Shown here: positions 17,515 through 26,958 of the stretch, in pieces
Layout: each line of letters starts with the position of its first letter
Numbering within the stretch: the first letter of the stretch is position 1
Assembly (NCBI GenBank): GCA_963545485.1
Contig: CAUUJG010000004.1
Coordinates: 23,186-87,185 of the forward strand
Length of the DNA stretch: 64,000 nucleotides
Direction: 5' to 3'
From: an uncultured Clostridia bacterium
GTDB taxonomy: Bacteria; Bacillota; Clostridia; Christensenellales; CAG-917
Position numbers and translations under genes: made by a program
Notes under the pieces: model-generated
Told to the model about the DNA's origin: nothing
Seen by the model: the letters and a program-made list of their open reading frames with translations, nothing else
The model's database searches: none

Positions 17515-18812
17515 TTGCCTACACAAAATCTTTCAAAAATTTTGTTTATTATGTCCTCAGTAACACTCTCTCCTGTTATTTCATCTAGGTGCCTTTTTGC
17601 TGCAATCAAACAAACTAAAACCATATCTATATACATGTTGCTATCTATTTCATTGAGTTCTGCTATTGAATCTTTTATAGCTTCGTAATGTCTCTCTGTT
17701 GTTACCAAATCATAATTCTCTATATTGTTTATCTCTAGCCGAAAAAGTATTGCGTCGAGCAATTCAATAATTCCCTCTTTGTTTTTTGCACTTATATACA
17801 CAACATCTTTTCGTTTTTTTTCAATATGCCTATTAATCTTATCAATTTTATTAATTACATACAGTGTGTTCTTTTTTTCTACATCTATTTTTAAATTTCC
17901 TGTTGCATCCAACACCTCAAGGATAATGTCTGCATTTTCTTTTTCTGAAAGTCCTTTTTCTATTCCTTTGCGTTCAACTATATTTGAACTTTCTCTTATC
18001 CCTGCTGTATCTATGAAAGTAAGCTTTACTCCTTTATATTCTATACTTTCTTTTATTATATCTCTGGTTGTTCCCGGTATATCTGTAACTATTGCTCTTT
18101 CATCATCAAGAATAGCATTTAATATGGATGATTTGCCCACATTGACATCTCCCGTCAAAACACAGTTAATTCCATTTTTTATCACTCTGCCTGTCTTATA
18201 TGTATCCTTTAATTCTTCCAGCTGTTTTTTAATTTCCGGGACTACTGTTTTGTATTCTGTCAAAACTTCATCTTCCATTTCTTCTGGATAATCAAGTGAT
18301 GCACTCATTTCAACAATAAGAGATGAAAGATTCTCTGCTATTTTTTGAACTTTTTTTGCAAACTCTCCCTTCATTAATCTATATGCAGATTTAACAGCTG
18401 CAAGACTTTCTGCATTAATCATATCTATGACGCCTTCGCAGTCAGATAATCTCATTTTCCCATTCAAAAAAGATCTTCGTGTAAATTCGCCTCTTCCTGC
18501 AAGTTTAGCCCCCTGCTTTAGAATTGTCTCAAGAGCTCCTTGCATTATCCTACTTCCTCCATGCAAATAAAACTCGATCGTCTCTTCTCCGGTATATGCC
18601 TTCTCTGGTGGCATATAAACCGCATAACCAATGTCATTAAATCCATTGCCGACAAATGTTCCGAATTTCATAAGCAAAGGAGTCCATTCTTTATCCTTAC
18701 TTATAAAAACTTGTTCTGCTATTTTTTTTGATTTTTCTCCAGAAAGTCTTAATATACCAATGCCGCCAGAACCGCTAGGTGTAGCTATTGCGACTATCGT
18801 ACTGCTTCCCAT
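17511..18812 (-). CDS. mnmE: tRNA modification GTPase MnmE (TrmE)
   Basis: G domain GDVNVGKSS, DTAGIR, and the C-terminal CVGK signature. Confidence 0.95.
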   Translation of the reverse strand: MGSSTIVAIATPSGSGGIGILRLSGEKSKKIAEQVFISKDKEWTPLLMKFGTFVGNGFNDIGYAVYMPPEKAYTGEETIEFYLHGGSRIMQGALETILKQGAKLAGRGEFTRRSFLNGKMRLSDCEGVIDMINAESLAAVKSAYRLMKGEFAKKVQKIAENLSSLIVEMSASLDYPEEMEDEVLTEYKTVVPEIKKQLEELKDTYKTGRVIKNGINCVLTGDVNVGKSSILNAILDDERAIVTDIPGTTRDIIKESIEYKGVKLTFIDTAGIRESSNIVERKGIEKGLSEKENADIILEVLDATGNLKIDVEKKNTLYVINKIDKINRHIEKKRKDVVYISAKNKEGIIELLDAILFRLEINNIENYDLVTTERHYEAIKDSIAELNEIDSNMYIDMVLVCLIAAKRHLDEITGESVTEDIINKIFERFCVGK

Positions 18813-19532
18813 TTATTTTTTGCCGAAACTCTTGCTTCTTATTGTTCTTGTATTAAGCTTTGTAACTCCACCTGTATACATTCCTGCATATACATCTCCG
18901 TCTGCCACTTCGCCGTGTCTATCATATATGTCTGCACCCTGAGGGATTATAACAACTTGTCTTCTTCCCTCTTGTCCTCTGCTCTGTGTGTCTATACCTT
19001 CAACAGATGATAGTGCTGTATGTATGACTTTTCTTTCCCAAGAATGCATTGGCTCCAATACAACAGCTCTCTTTGTTGCCTTGGCTTTTGATGCCATTTT
19101 ATTCGCTAATGTAATTAAGTTTTGTATTCTTTTTTCTTTATATGTATCTGCCTCGACACTAATGCTCTTGCCAAAAGCTTTTGTATATTTTGCGGAAAGT
19201 AAAGATTGTATTGCGTTCAACATCTCTCCTTTCTGTCCTATAACTCTAGATATATCATTCCCACTAAACTTAATTTCTATCTCATGGTCGTTTTCTATTA
19301 ACTCAATAAAAACATCATATCCGAGCATATCTATAAGTACTTTTGCAAATCTTTTAATATCTTCCGTCTCGCATGGTTTTTTTGTAAGACGCACGGATGC
19401 TGTTGCAAAAGCACTTCCCTTGGATAAAACTTCTATCTCTACATCTTCTTTTCTACACTTCAGTTCTTCAAGTCCTTTTTCAATCGCAACTTCAACTGAA
19501 ACACCTGTCATTTCTATTGTTTTATTTTCCAT
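18813..19532 (-). CDS. jag: Jag/KhpB RNA-binding protein (KH and R3H domains)
   Basis: Sits in the conserved position between yidC and mnmE. R3H-type block LEPMHSWERKVIHTAL. Confidence 0.85.
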   Translation of the reverse strand: MENKTIEMTGVSVEVAIEKGLEELKCRKEDVEIEVLSKGSAFATASVRLTKKPCETEDIKRFAKVLIDMLGYDVFIELIENDHEIEIKFSGNDISRVIGQKGEMLNAIQSLLSAKYTKAFGKSISVEADTYKEKRIQNLITLANKMASKAKATKRAVVLEPMHSWERKVIHTALSSVEGIDTQSRGQEGRRQVVIIPQGADIYDRHGEVADGDVYAGMYTGGVTKLNTRTIRSKSFGKK

Positions 19533-19545
19533 ATTTTCCTCTATT

Positions 19546-20775
19546 TTATTTTTTCTCTTCTTTTTTGTCTTGTATCGCTGACACTATCTTAAACGGTCCT
19601 TGAACAAATATTGTAGAAAATAGTGAGCTTGCAAGCATGTATAATGCAAATGCCCCAGAATACATAATTGCAAAAATTCCCATTATCACCGGCATCATGT
19701 ATTTCATCATCTTCATGCTCGCCCCAGAACCAAGACCTTGTCCTGTCGACTTTTGATCTTTCTTTTCTTTTGAATCTTTTTCAGGCTTTAACGTAGGTGG
19801 TTCCTTTTGAGCAAAAAGAATAGATGTCAAAAAGCTTAAAGCTATTGTAAGTAATGGCAAAATTAAAAGCCCATTCCATTTGCCTTTATATTTCCCTCTC
19901 CCATATCCTCCTTTGCCCTGCACTTCTCCCATAACATCGTTATATCTATCTTTTGTAAGCCCTGTAAGCTTTGCAGAATCAAAACCAGATTGTCCTGTTA
20001 TTTCTTCATATGTTGGTACTGGTGTTTTCCATGTGTCTGAGACAAAAATGTTTTGTATCCATAAAAATCCAGTTTTGTTTTTTGAATCTTTTTTATTTTC
20101 TTTATGAGGCCACACAAATTTCTTTTTATTATCATAGCCATAATATTTTAAAACTGCTTTTTGAGCTTCTTTTTTTGCTTCCTGATATTCTTTGAATTTT
20201 TCAGGGGTCTTTTCAAGCTCCTCTTTGTAGTTGTTTCCCAATTTTTTTTGCATTACCTGCTCATATGTTCTATCAGCTCCTTGATATGTTTTTGCAAACT
20301 GATATGAAACTGTCTGTCTGAATCCTCCAAAAACAACAAAGAATATGACCATTGTAATAATTGTAGGCAAACATGACCCCAACATTGAATATTTCTCTCG
20401 TTTATATAAGGCCATTTGTTCTTGTTGATATCTTTGTTTATCATCGGCAAGCTTTTTTTGTAAGGCTTCAAGTTCAGGCTTCATTTTTTTCATCTTCTTG
20501 TTGTTCTTAACCATTATAATTTGTTGCCACACATCAAAAGGAAGAAGTATTAATCTTAGCGAAATTGTAAATATAATAATAGTCAATGAAAAGTTTGGAA
20601 CACTCTTGTTAATTGCCATCATAAACTTTGCCATAAAATGTTGCGGTTGTGGTATTTCCCCTGCTACATTTTGAATATTATCTTTTGCTCCGCAAGCAGA
20701 TAACAATAGAATTGTTAATGACAACATCACAAGTAACAAAAGTACTTTTGTTGATTTTTTTCTTAAATTAGCCAT
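19546..20775 (-). CDS. yidC: YidC/Oxa1-family membrane insertase (long K/E-rich insertion)
   Basis: Lipobox LLSACG and multiple TM helices, in the conserved position after yidD/rnpA. Confidence 0.9.
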   Translation of the reverse strand: MANLRKKSTKVLLLLVMLSLTILLLSACGAKDNIQNVAGEIPQPQHFMAKFMMAINKSVPNFSLTIIIFTISLRLILLPFDVWQQIIMVKNNKKMKKMKPELEALQKKLADDKQRYQQEQMALYKREKYSMLGSCLPTIITMVIFFVVFGGFRQTVSYQFAKTYQGADRTYEQVMQKKLGNNYKEELEKTPEKFKEYQEAKKEAQKAVLKYYGYDNKKKFVWPHKENKKDSKNKTGFLWIQNIFVSDTWKTPVPTYEEITGQSGFDSAKLTGLTKDRYNDVMGEVQGKGGYGRGKYKGKWNGLLILPLLTIALSFLTSILFAQKEPPTLKPEKDSKEKKDQKSTGQGLGSGASMKMMKYMMPVIMGIFAIMYSGAFALYMLASSLFSTIFVQGPFKIVSAIQDKKEEKK

Positions 20776-21005
20776 TTGGCCTTCCCTCTAAAGTTTTCTG
20801 GCACGGGATCAAATCCTCCTTTTGAAAACGGATTACATCTTATAACTCTTGCTATTCCCATTAGTGTTCCCGCAATCAAGCCCCATTTATCTATCGCATC
20901 ATACATATACATTGAACATGTAGGTCTATATTTACATTTCCTTCCTATCGCTTTGGATAATGTGTGCTTATATAATTTTAAAATCCAAAACGCTACTCTT
21001 TTCAT
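20763..21005 (-). CDS. yidD: Membrane protein insertion efficiency factor YidD
   Basis: 80 aa containing CKYRPTCS and NPFSKGGFDPVP signatures. Confidence 0.9.
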   Translation of the reverse strand: MKRVAFWILKLYKHTLSKAIGRKCKYRPTCSMYMYDAIDKWGLIAGTLMGIARVIRCNPFSKGGFDPVPENFRGKAKWLI

Positions 21006-21334
21006 TTATATGCTCCAGCTTTCAAAAAAATGTTATCAACAATTTCACTAATTTCCGAGTAATTTTTATCTGCTATTTTCTCGTTTGGCACGAGCACATA
21101 TAAATAATTTTTATCTATCCTCTCTATTCTCTTTGCCAGAATTTCCCGAATCCTTCTTTTAAGTTTGTTTCTATGGACTGCATTCCCGATTTTTTTTGAT
21201 ATTGATATCCCTATTTTTAGCCCTTCTTTTGATGGTGCTCTATGCAGTCTTATATATTCCGATCCTGTTTTTGTTCCTTTCTTATATACATAAGTAAACG
21301 AACCTCGCTTTTTTAAGCGATTTTCTCTTCTCAT
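21002..21334 (-). CDS. rnpA: Ribonuclease P protein component
   Basis: 110 aa containing the KKIGNAVHRNKLKRRIRE (RNR) motif, downstream of rpmH. Confidence 0.9.
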   Translation of the reverse strand: MRRENRLKKRGSFTYVYKKGTKTGSEYIRLHRAPSKEGLKIGISISKKIGNAVHRNKLKRRIREILAKRIERIDKNYLYVLVPNEKIADKNYSEISEIVDNIFLKAGAYK

Positions 21335-21335
21335 C

Positions 21336-21470
21336 TTATGCTGATAATTTAGCTCTTCCTCTTTGACGACGTCTCTTTATAACCCTTCTTCCACCTGTTG
21401 TTTTCATTCTTTCTCTAAAACCGTGCACCTTGCTTCTTTTTCTTTTTTTCGGTTGAAATGTTCTCTTCAT
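21336..21470 (-). CDS. rpmH: 50S ribosomal protein L34
   Basis: Not in the ORF track (44 aa). My translation is [44 protein letters not shown]. Confidence 0.95.
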   Translation of the reverse strand: MKRTFQPKKRKRSKVHGFRERMKTTGGRRVIKRRRQRGRAKLSA

Positions 21471-21567
21471 TGTTGCCTCCGCTAATTTACTATTAATATA
21501 CGCCTATAAAGTTTAATAAATCTATGCTCTCAAAGTCAACTAAACATAAATTCCAAAAAATGATGAC

Positions 21568-23244
21568 CTACATCTCATCAAGGACTGGTATCCCAAGAAT
21601 CTCTAAACCTTCTTTTAAGATGTTCGCAGTTGCATGTACAAGTCCTACTCGTATTTTTTGTGTTTCTTTTTCTTCGCATATTATTTTATTTTCATTATAA
21701 AATCGTGAAAACTTGCTAGCTAATTCCATAAGATACCTACTTATTTCTGATGCTTCTCTTTTTTCAAACGCACTTAACAAGATATCTTTGTACCCTATTA
21801 TCTGTTTCGCAAGGTCTCCCGTGCTTTCATCTATTATAATCTCTGCTATATGTTGTACTTTTTCATATTTTATCTTTCTCTTTATACTTGCACATCGTGC
21901 ATATGTATACTGAAGGTATGGTGCCGTCTCTCCATCAAAGTTGAGGATTTTATCAAAAGAGAATGTTATATCTTTAATTCTCCCATTCCACAATGCAGAA
22001 AATACTACCGCCCCTACTCCAACTTTCTCTGCAATTTCATCTTTATTTTTTGTATTCTCTTTATTTCCTATAATTTCTTTTGCCTTCTCAACAGCTCTAT
22101 CCAAAACCTCCAAAAGCCATATTGCTTTCCCTTCTCTTGTCGACATTGCTCCATCTACAAGTGAGACCATCCCGAATGCAATGTGTTCCAAATCATTTGC
22201 CTTTTCAAACCCCATAAGTTCTAGCACTTTAAAGACTTGCTTAAAATGCAAGTTTTGTTGGTATGCTACCACATAGAATGATTTATAAAAATCGTACTCT
22301 TTCGCTCTATATATTGCTGTTGCCAAATCCCTTGTAGCATACAGTGTTGCCCCGTCTGCCTTTTGTATTAAGCATGGTGACATTCCATATTTTTCAAGAT
22401 CTACAATCTTTGCACCCTCCGAATCTTTCAGAAGATGCTTTTCTTCAAGCTCTTTTATAACCATATCCATTTTATCGTTATAAAAAGCCTCTCCATTATA
22501 ACTGTCAAACCTTATGTTCAGCCTGTCATATATTTTGCTGACAGCTTTCATTGTTATCTCTTTGAATACTCTATAATACTCATTCGCTAATGCTTCCCCA
22601 TCTTCTATGTTTTTAAATTCAGTCCTTGCTTCTTTTTCTAATTCAGAATTTTTCTTTGCTTCTTGATGAAATTTTACATAAAGGTCATTGACAAAAACTT
22701 CATCTTTGCTTTTTATTTCTTCTAAACTTGACCACCTTTTTACTGCAACTATTAGTTTGCCAAATTGCGTTCCCCAATCACCAAGATGATTTATTCCTAT
22801 GGCGTTGAATCCTATTCTTTTACAAAGTCTATATAATGCCGCTCCAATTACCGTAGATGAAAGATGCCCTATATGAAATGGTTTTGCTATATTAACAGAA
22901 CTATAATCCAAACATATTGTCCTGTTTCTCCCAATGTCACACTCTATTTTTGTTCCTTCAGAACTAAGAGCTTCCTCTATCATCTCCCTTCTTGAAAAGA
23001 ACATGTTCACATATGCACCAACTTGTTCGCATTTTTCAATATGCTGATTTTTTTGTATTTGCTTACAAATTTCGGTAGCTATTTCTTGTGGGTTTTTTTT
23101 CAAAATCGCACTGAGTTTAAAACAGGCAATGCTTAGATCTCCCATTCCATTAAGTTTCGGTTTTTCAACCACACTAAAAATATCCTGCTGTGAAAGCCCC
23201 TCTATTTTAATATTCTTAATTACTTCTTCTGCTATTTTAATCAT
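21568..23244 (-). CDS. argS: Arginine--tRNA ligase
   Basis: 558 aa with a HIGH-type motif (PFHIGHL) and the C-terminal anticodon-binding domain ending in M. Confidence 0.9.
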   Translation of the reverse strand: MIKIAEEVIKNIKIEGLSQQDIFSVVEKPKLNGMGDLSIACFKLSAILKKNPQEIATEICKQIQKNQHIEKCEQVGAYVNMFFSRREMIEEALSSEGTKIECDIGRNRTICLDYSSVNIAKPFHIGHLSSTVIGAALYRLCKRIGFNAIGINHLGDWGTQFGKLIVAVKRWSSLEEIKSKDEVFVNDLYVKFHQEAKKNSELEKEARTEFKNIEDGEALANEYYRVFKEITMKAVSKIYDRLNIRFDSYNGEAFYNDKMDMVIKELEEKHLLKDSEGAKIVDLEKYGMSPCLIQKADGATLYATRDLATAIYRAKEYDFYKSFYVVAYQQNLHFKQVFKVLELMGFEKANDLEHIAFGMVSLVDGAMSTREGKAIWLLEVLDRAVEKAKEIIGNKENTKNKDEIAEKVGVGAVVFSALWNGRIKDITFSFDKILNFDGETAPYLQYTYARCASIKRKIKYEKVQHIAEIIIDESTGDLAKQIIGYKDILLSAFEKREASEISRYLMELASKFSRFYNENKIICEEKETQKIRVGLVHATANILKEGLEILGIPVLDEM

Positions 23245-24323
23245 ACATTAAACCTGAATAGCACAACATCGTTGTCTTTCATTACATAATCCTTTCCTTC
23301 ACTTCGAAGCTTCCCTTTTTCTTTCACATTTGTCATTGAGCCTTCACTTATTAATGTTTGATAATCCACTATCTCTGCCCGAATAAATCCTTTTTCAAAA
23401 TCAGTATGTATTTGCCCCGCTGCCTGAGGTGCTTTTGTTCCTCTTTTTATTGTCCAAGCTCTAACTTCTTTTTCACCTGCTGTAAGATAGCTTATCAATC
23501 CAAGCAAGTCATATGATACCTTTACGAGCACTTCAAGTCCGCTTTCATTTAATCCATATTCTGACATAAACATCTGCTTTTCTTCGTCTGTCATTGTTGC
23601 AAGTTCCTCTTCAAGTTTTGCAGAAAGAATAATACACTTCGCATTTTCTTTTTTAGCGAACTCTTCAAGCTTTCTAGAGTATTCATTACCGCTAGTCTCG
23701 TCTTCGCCAACATTGCCAACATAAATGCATGGTTTTGATGTTAAAAGTTGTGACTTTAAAAGATATTCTCTGTCTTCTTCATTCAAAGCTAAACTGTTTA
23801 AGAGTTTCCCTTCTTCTAAATGCTTTTTAAATTTTTGAAGAAGCTCTTTCTCATAAAGGTACTTTTTATCTGCTTTTATAAGTGTTTCTGTTTTTGCTAA
23901 TCTTTTTTCAACCGTTTCCATATCCGCAAAAATCAGCTCATAATTAATTGTTTCGATATCTCTTGTCGGGTCCACTGTACCGTCAACATGCACAATATTG
24001 TCATCTTTAAAACATCTCACAACATGAACTATTGCATCTACTTCACGTATGTGTGATAGAAATTTATTTCCAAGTCCTTCTCCCTTGCTTGCTCCACGAA
24101 CCAGTCCTGCAATATCAACAAATTCCAATGTTGTAGGCGTTATCTTTTTGCTGTTATATAGTGCAGCCAACTTGTATAATCTTTCATCTGGTACTGCAAC
24201 TACACCAACATTTGGTTCTATTGTGCAAAACGGATAATTTGCAACCGCTGCTCCTGCCTTTGTAATTGCATTGAACAATGTGCTTTTACCTACATTCGGT
24301 AATCCTACAACTCCTAGTTTCAT
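23241..24323 (-). CDS. ychF: Redox-regulated ATPase YchF
   Basis: GLPNVGKST P-loop and a C-terminal TGS-like domain. 360 aa. Confidence 0.9.
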   Translation of the reverse strand: MKLGVVGLPNVGKSTLFNAITKAGAAVANYPFCTIEPNVGVVAVPDERLYKLAALYNSKKITPTTLEFVDIAGLVRGASKGEGLGNKFLSHIREVDAIVHVVRCFKDDNIVHVDGTVDPTRDIETINYELIFADMETVEKRLAKTETLIKADKKYLYEKELLQKFKKHLEEGKLLNSLALNEEDREYLLKSQLLTSKPCIYVGNVGEDETSGNEYSRKLEEFAKKENAKCIILSAKLEEELATMTDEEKQMFMSEYGLNESGLEVLVKVSYDLLGLISYLTAGEKEVRAWTIKRGTKAPQAAGQIHTDFEKGFIRAEIVDYQTLISEGSMTNVKEKGKLRSEGKDYVMKDNDVVLFRFNV

Positions 24324-25972
24324 TAAGCCCTCTTCCTATATACTCTTGCCTCATATGGTTTTATAGATCCTTGTGCTAACTCCATATTTTTCAATATTAT
24401 TTCGTATTTCTCTTTTTGTATTTCTTTGTCCAATTTTCTATCCGATAATGTTTTTTTGCTTAAATTAACAATAACAAACAACTCTTCTTTTCCCGCAATC
24501 TTCTTGTAAGCCAAAATATGTTTGTCGTTATTATACATCATTTTAAACTCCCCATATATCGCCGCTTCTTTATTTTCGCTTCTTACTTTAATAACCTTTT
24601 TATAAAAGTTTAAAACACTATTTGGATCTTTCTCTTCCAACTCAACATTTATTTCTTTATAATTTTCGTTTATCAAATACCATGGGTCTACACTGCTGAA
24701 TCCGGCGTGTTTTTCTCCACTCCATTGTACTGGCGTTCTTGCGTTATCCCTTGCTCCATATTTAATGTTTTCAAATATTTTCTTCTTGCTAAATAAATGG
24801 GTTTTTTCCATAAGTGCTTTAATGTTAAATGTTGCAACATCCTTGAAGTCATCCCATGTTTTAAACGGCACATTTGTCATTCCTATTTCCTGCCCTTGAT
24901 ATATAAACATAGTTCCCGTGAGGAAGGCATACATTATTGCAAGTGCCTTCGCACTATCTGTTCTATAATCCTCACTCCCATACCTGCTGACAATTCTTGG
25001 AATATCATGGTTCTCTAAAAAGTTTGTGTTCCATGCTCTGCCGTATAACCCCTTTTGCCATCTATTGTATGCTTTTTTAAGTTTTTTTAATTTAAATCCC
25101 GTCTTCACTACGGCTGCTCCTATACAGTCTGCTTGTACATGTTCAAAACCAAAAACCATATCAAGAACTCTATCGTCTCCGGCAATATACTTCATCGCCT
25201 TCTTGGGTGTCATCATTGGTGCCTCACCAATTTGTATGGCATCTCTCTTTTTTATTTCTTGTCTATATTCAGCTAAATATTTGTGTAAATTTGGACCTTC
25301 CGTATAATGTTCAAACCCTCTCATTACCGGAATTGGACACCCATTTGGCAACCCCTCTTTTTTACTAATGTATACGATTACATCTTCTCTAAACCCATCA
25401 ACCCCTAAATCAAGGTAGAAATTCATTATCTTCTTTACTTCTTCCCTTACTTCCGGATTGTCGTGATTCAGATCTGGTTGCTCAACTGCAAAAAGATGCA
25501 AATAATATTCTCCGGTTTCTTCTCTATATTTCCACGCGTCTCCAGGAAATGATGACATCCAATTGTTTGGTGGTCTTTTCCCTTTGCCTTTTCTCCAAAA
25601 ATAATATTCATGATATTTTTTATCTCCCTCTAGACCTTTTAAAAACCACTCATGCTGATCAGATGTATGATTAATAACCAAATCCATTATTATTCTGATA
25701 TTTCTTTTCTTACATTCAGCAATCAATTTTTTAAAATCATCCATTGTCCCATATTCAGGAGCGATTGAATAATAGTCGGAAATATCATAACCGTAATCTT
25801 TTTGTGGAGACTTGTATAAAGGAGAAAACCAAATACAGTTAATTCCAAGATCTTGCAAATAATCCAGTTTTGAAATTACTCCGTTTATATCGCCAATACC
25901 ATCGCCGTTTGAATCCTTAAAACTTCTAGGCCATATTTGATATACAACCATTTCTTTTGCCCAACTTTGCAT
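24323..25972 (-). CDS. GH13 alpha-glucosidase / oligo-1,6-glucosidase family enzyme
   Basis: GH13 conserved regions DLVINHTS, GFREDV and FLENHD. 549 aa. Confidence 0.85.
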   Translation of the reverse strand: MQSWAKEMVVYQIWPRSFKDSNGDGIGDINGVISKLDYLQDLGINCIWFSPLYKSPQKDYGYDISDYYSIAPEYGTMDDFKKLIAECKKRNIRIIMDLVINHTSDQHEWFLKGLEGDKKYHEYYFWRKGKGKRPPNNWMSSFPGDAWKYREETGEYYLHLFAVEQPDLNHDNPEVREEVKKIMNFYLDLGVDGFREDVIVYISKKEGLPNGCPIPVMRGFEHYTEGPNLHKYLAEYRQEIKKRDAIQIGEAPMMTPKKAMKYIAGDDRVLDMVFGFEHVQADCIGAAVVKTGFKLKKLKKAYNRWQKGLYGRAWNTNFLENHDIPRIVSRYGSEDYRTDSAKALAIMYAFLTGTMFIYQGQEIGMTNVPFKTWDDFKDVATFNIKALMEKTHLFSKKKIFENIKYGARDNARTPVQWSGEKHAGFSSVDPWYLINENYKEINVELEEKDPNSVLNFYKKVIKVRSENKEAAIYGEFKMMYNNDKHILAYKKIAGKEELFVIVNLSKKTLSDRKLDKEIQKEKYEIILKNMELAQGSIKPYEARVYRKRA

Positions 25973-26095
25973 TTTCCCCTCCTTTTATATTGATGCTCAC
26001 CATCCCTTATATGATGCGACATTTTTATTGTTATGTTTCTTTACATCAATCCAAGCAATACTCCCCAACTCACTCGCACCCTAATACAATTATAA

Positions 26096-26908
26096 CTATT
26101 TTAAACTCTCTTGTTTGTTGTTTTCTTCCTCAACTGTAAAGAGATAATCCATACCCTGACATGTTGGTGCCGTCTTGCAGATCGTAACCTTCGTTTTATT
26201 AAACGCTATCATGTAATGAGCTAAAATTATACCAATATCAAGCGTATGTATGTTTAGTCCTCCATGTATCCTTGAATGTTCCTTTTCCGCTATATAGAAA
26301 TGTGCATTCTCATCTTCAATTATAATTCTCCATGGCTGTGCGTTAAGAGCACTTGGTGCCCATCTAAGATATTCTAACTTTTCTCTGATCTTTCCATCTG
26401 TTATACTCTCTTTAGAGCTATTACTGAAAAACATCTCGTCTAGTTCTTTTCTTTTTTTTGATCCGATAAGTGCTTTAATTGTTCTCTCAAATAAAGATGA
26501 TTTCTCTTTACCACGCCCTATTGGAGTGCAAAGCAATATTTTTTGTGAGTCATTAATAGGTTCTGCCAATTTAACTGTATCCCTATTAAACATTCCTATC
26601 TGACATGTGTTCAATCCTAACATTTCTATAAAAAGAATAAATTTTTCAAAAACAAAACCTGCATCTATTAACCCATTGTTATCTATTGGAGTTATAAGTA
26701 CTGCAAACAATGGTGCTTTTTTCACCGGCATTGTTTTTAAGTCTTCAACCAACTCTATTCTAATAGATGAATTGAATGGCCCTTTTAAATTTTCTTTATT
26801 TGCTATATGCTTCTGAATTTTTTCAATCTCTTCTCTTGTGAGACTCTCATCTGTATATTGTCTTACTGACTTTCTTGATAGCATCGCTTTCATTAATTCA
26901 TCACGCAT
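26096..26908 (-). CDS. Nitroreductase-family protein
   Basis: SRKSVRQY opening motif and APSALNAQPWR. The likely start ATG at 26908 is preceded by GGGGGG. The ORF is open to 26941. Confidence 0.75.
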   Translation of the reverse strand: MRDELMKAMLSRKSVRQYTDESLTREEIEKIQKHIANKENLKGPFNSSIRIELVEDLKTMPVKKAPLFAVLITPIDNNGLIDAGFVFEKFILFIEMLGLNTCQIGMFNRDTVKLAEPINDSQKILLCTPIGRGKEKSSLFERTIKALIGSKKRKELDEMFFSNSSKESITDGKIREKLEYLRWAPSALNAQPWRIIIEDENAHFYIAEKEHSRIHGGLNIHTLDIGIILAHYMIAFNKTKVTICKTAPTCQGMDYLFTVEEENNKQESLK

Positions 26909-26958
26909 ATTCTTTTTCCCCCCCATTTGTTCATTTACCACGACTTAAGCTTTCGCAT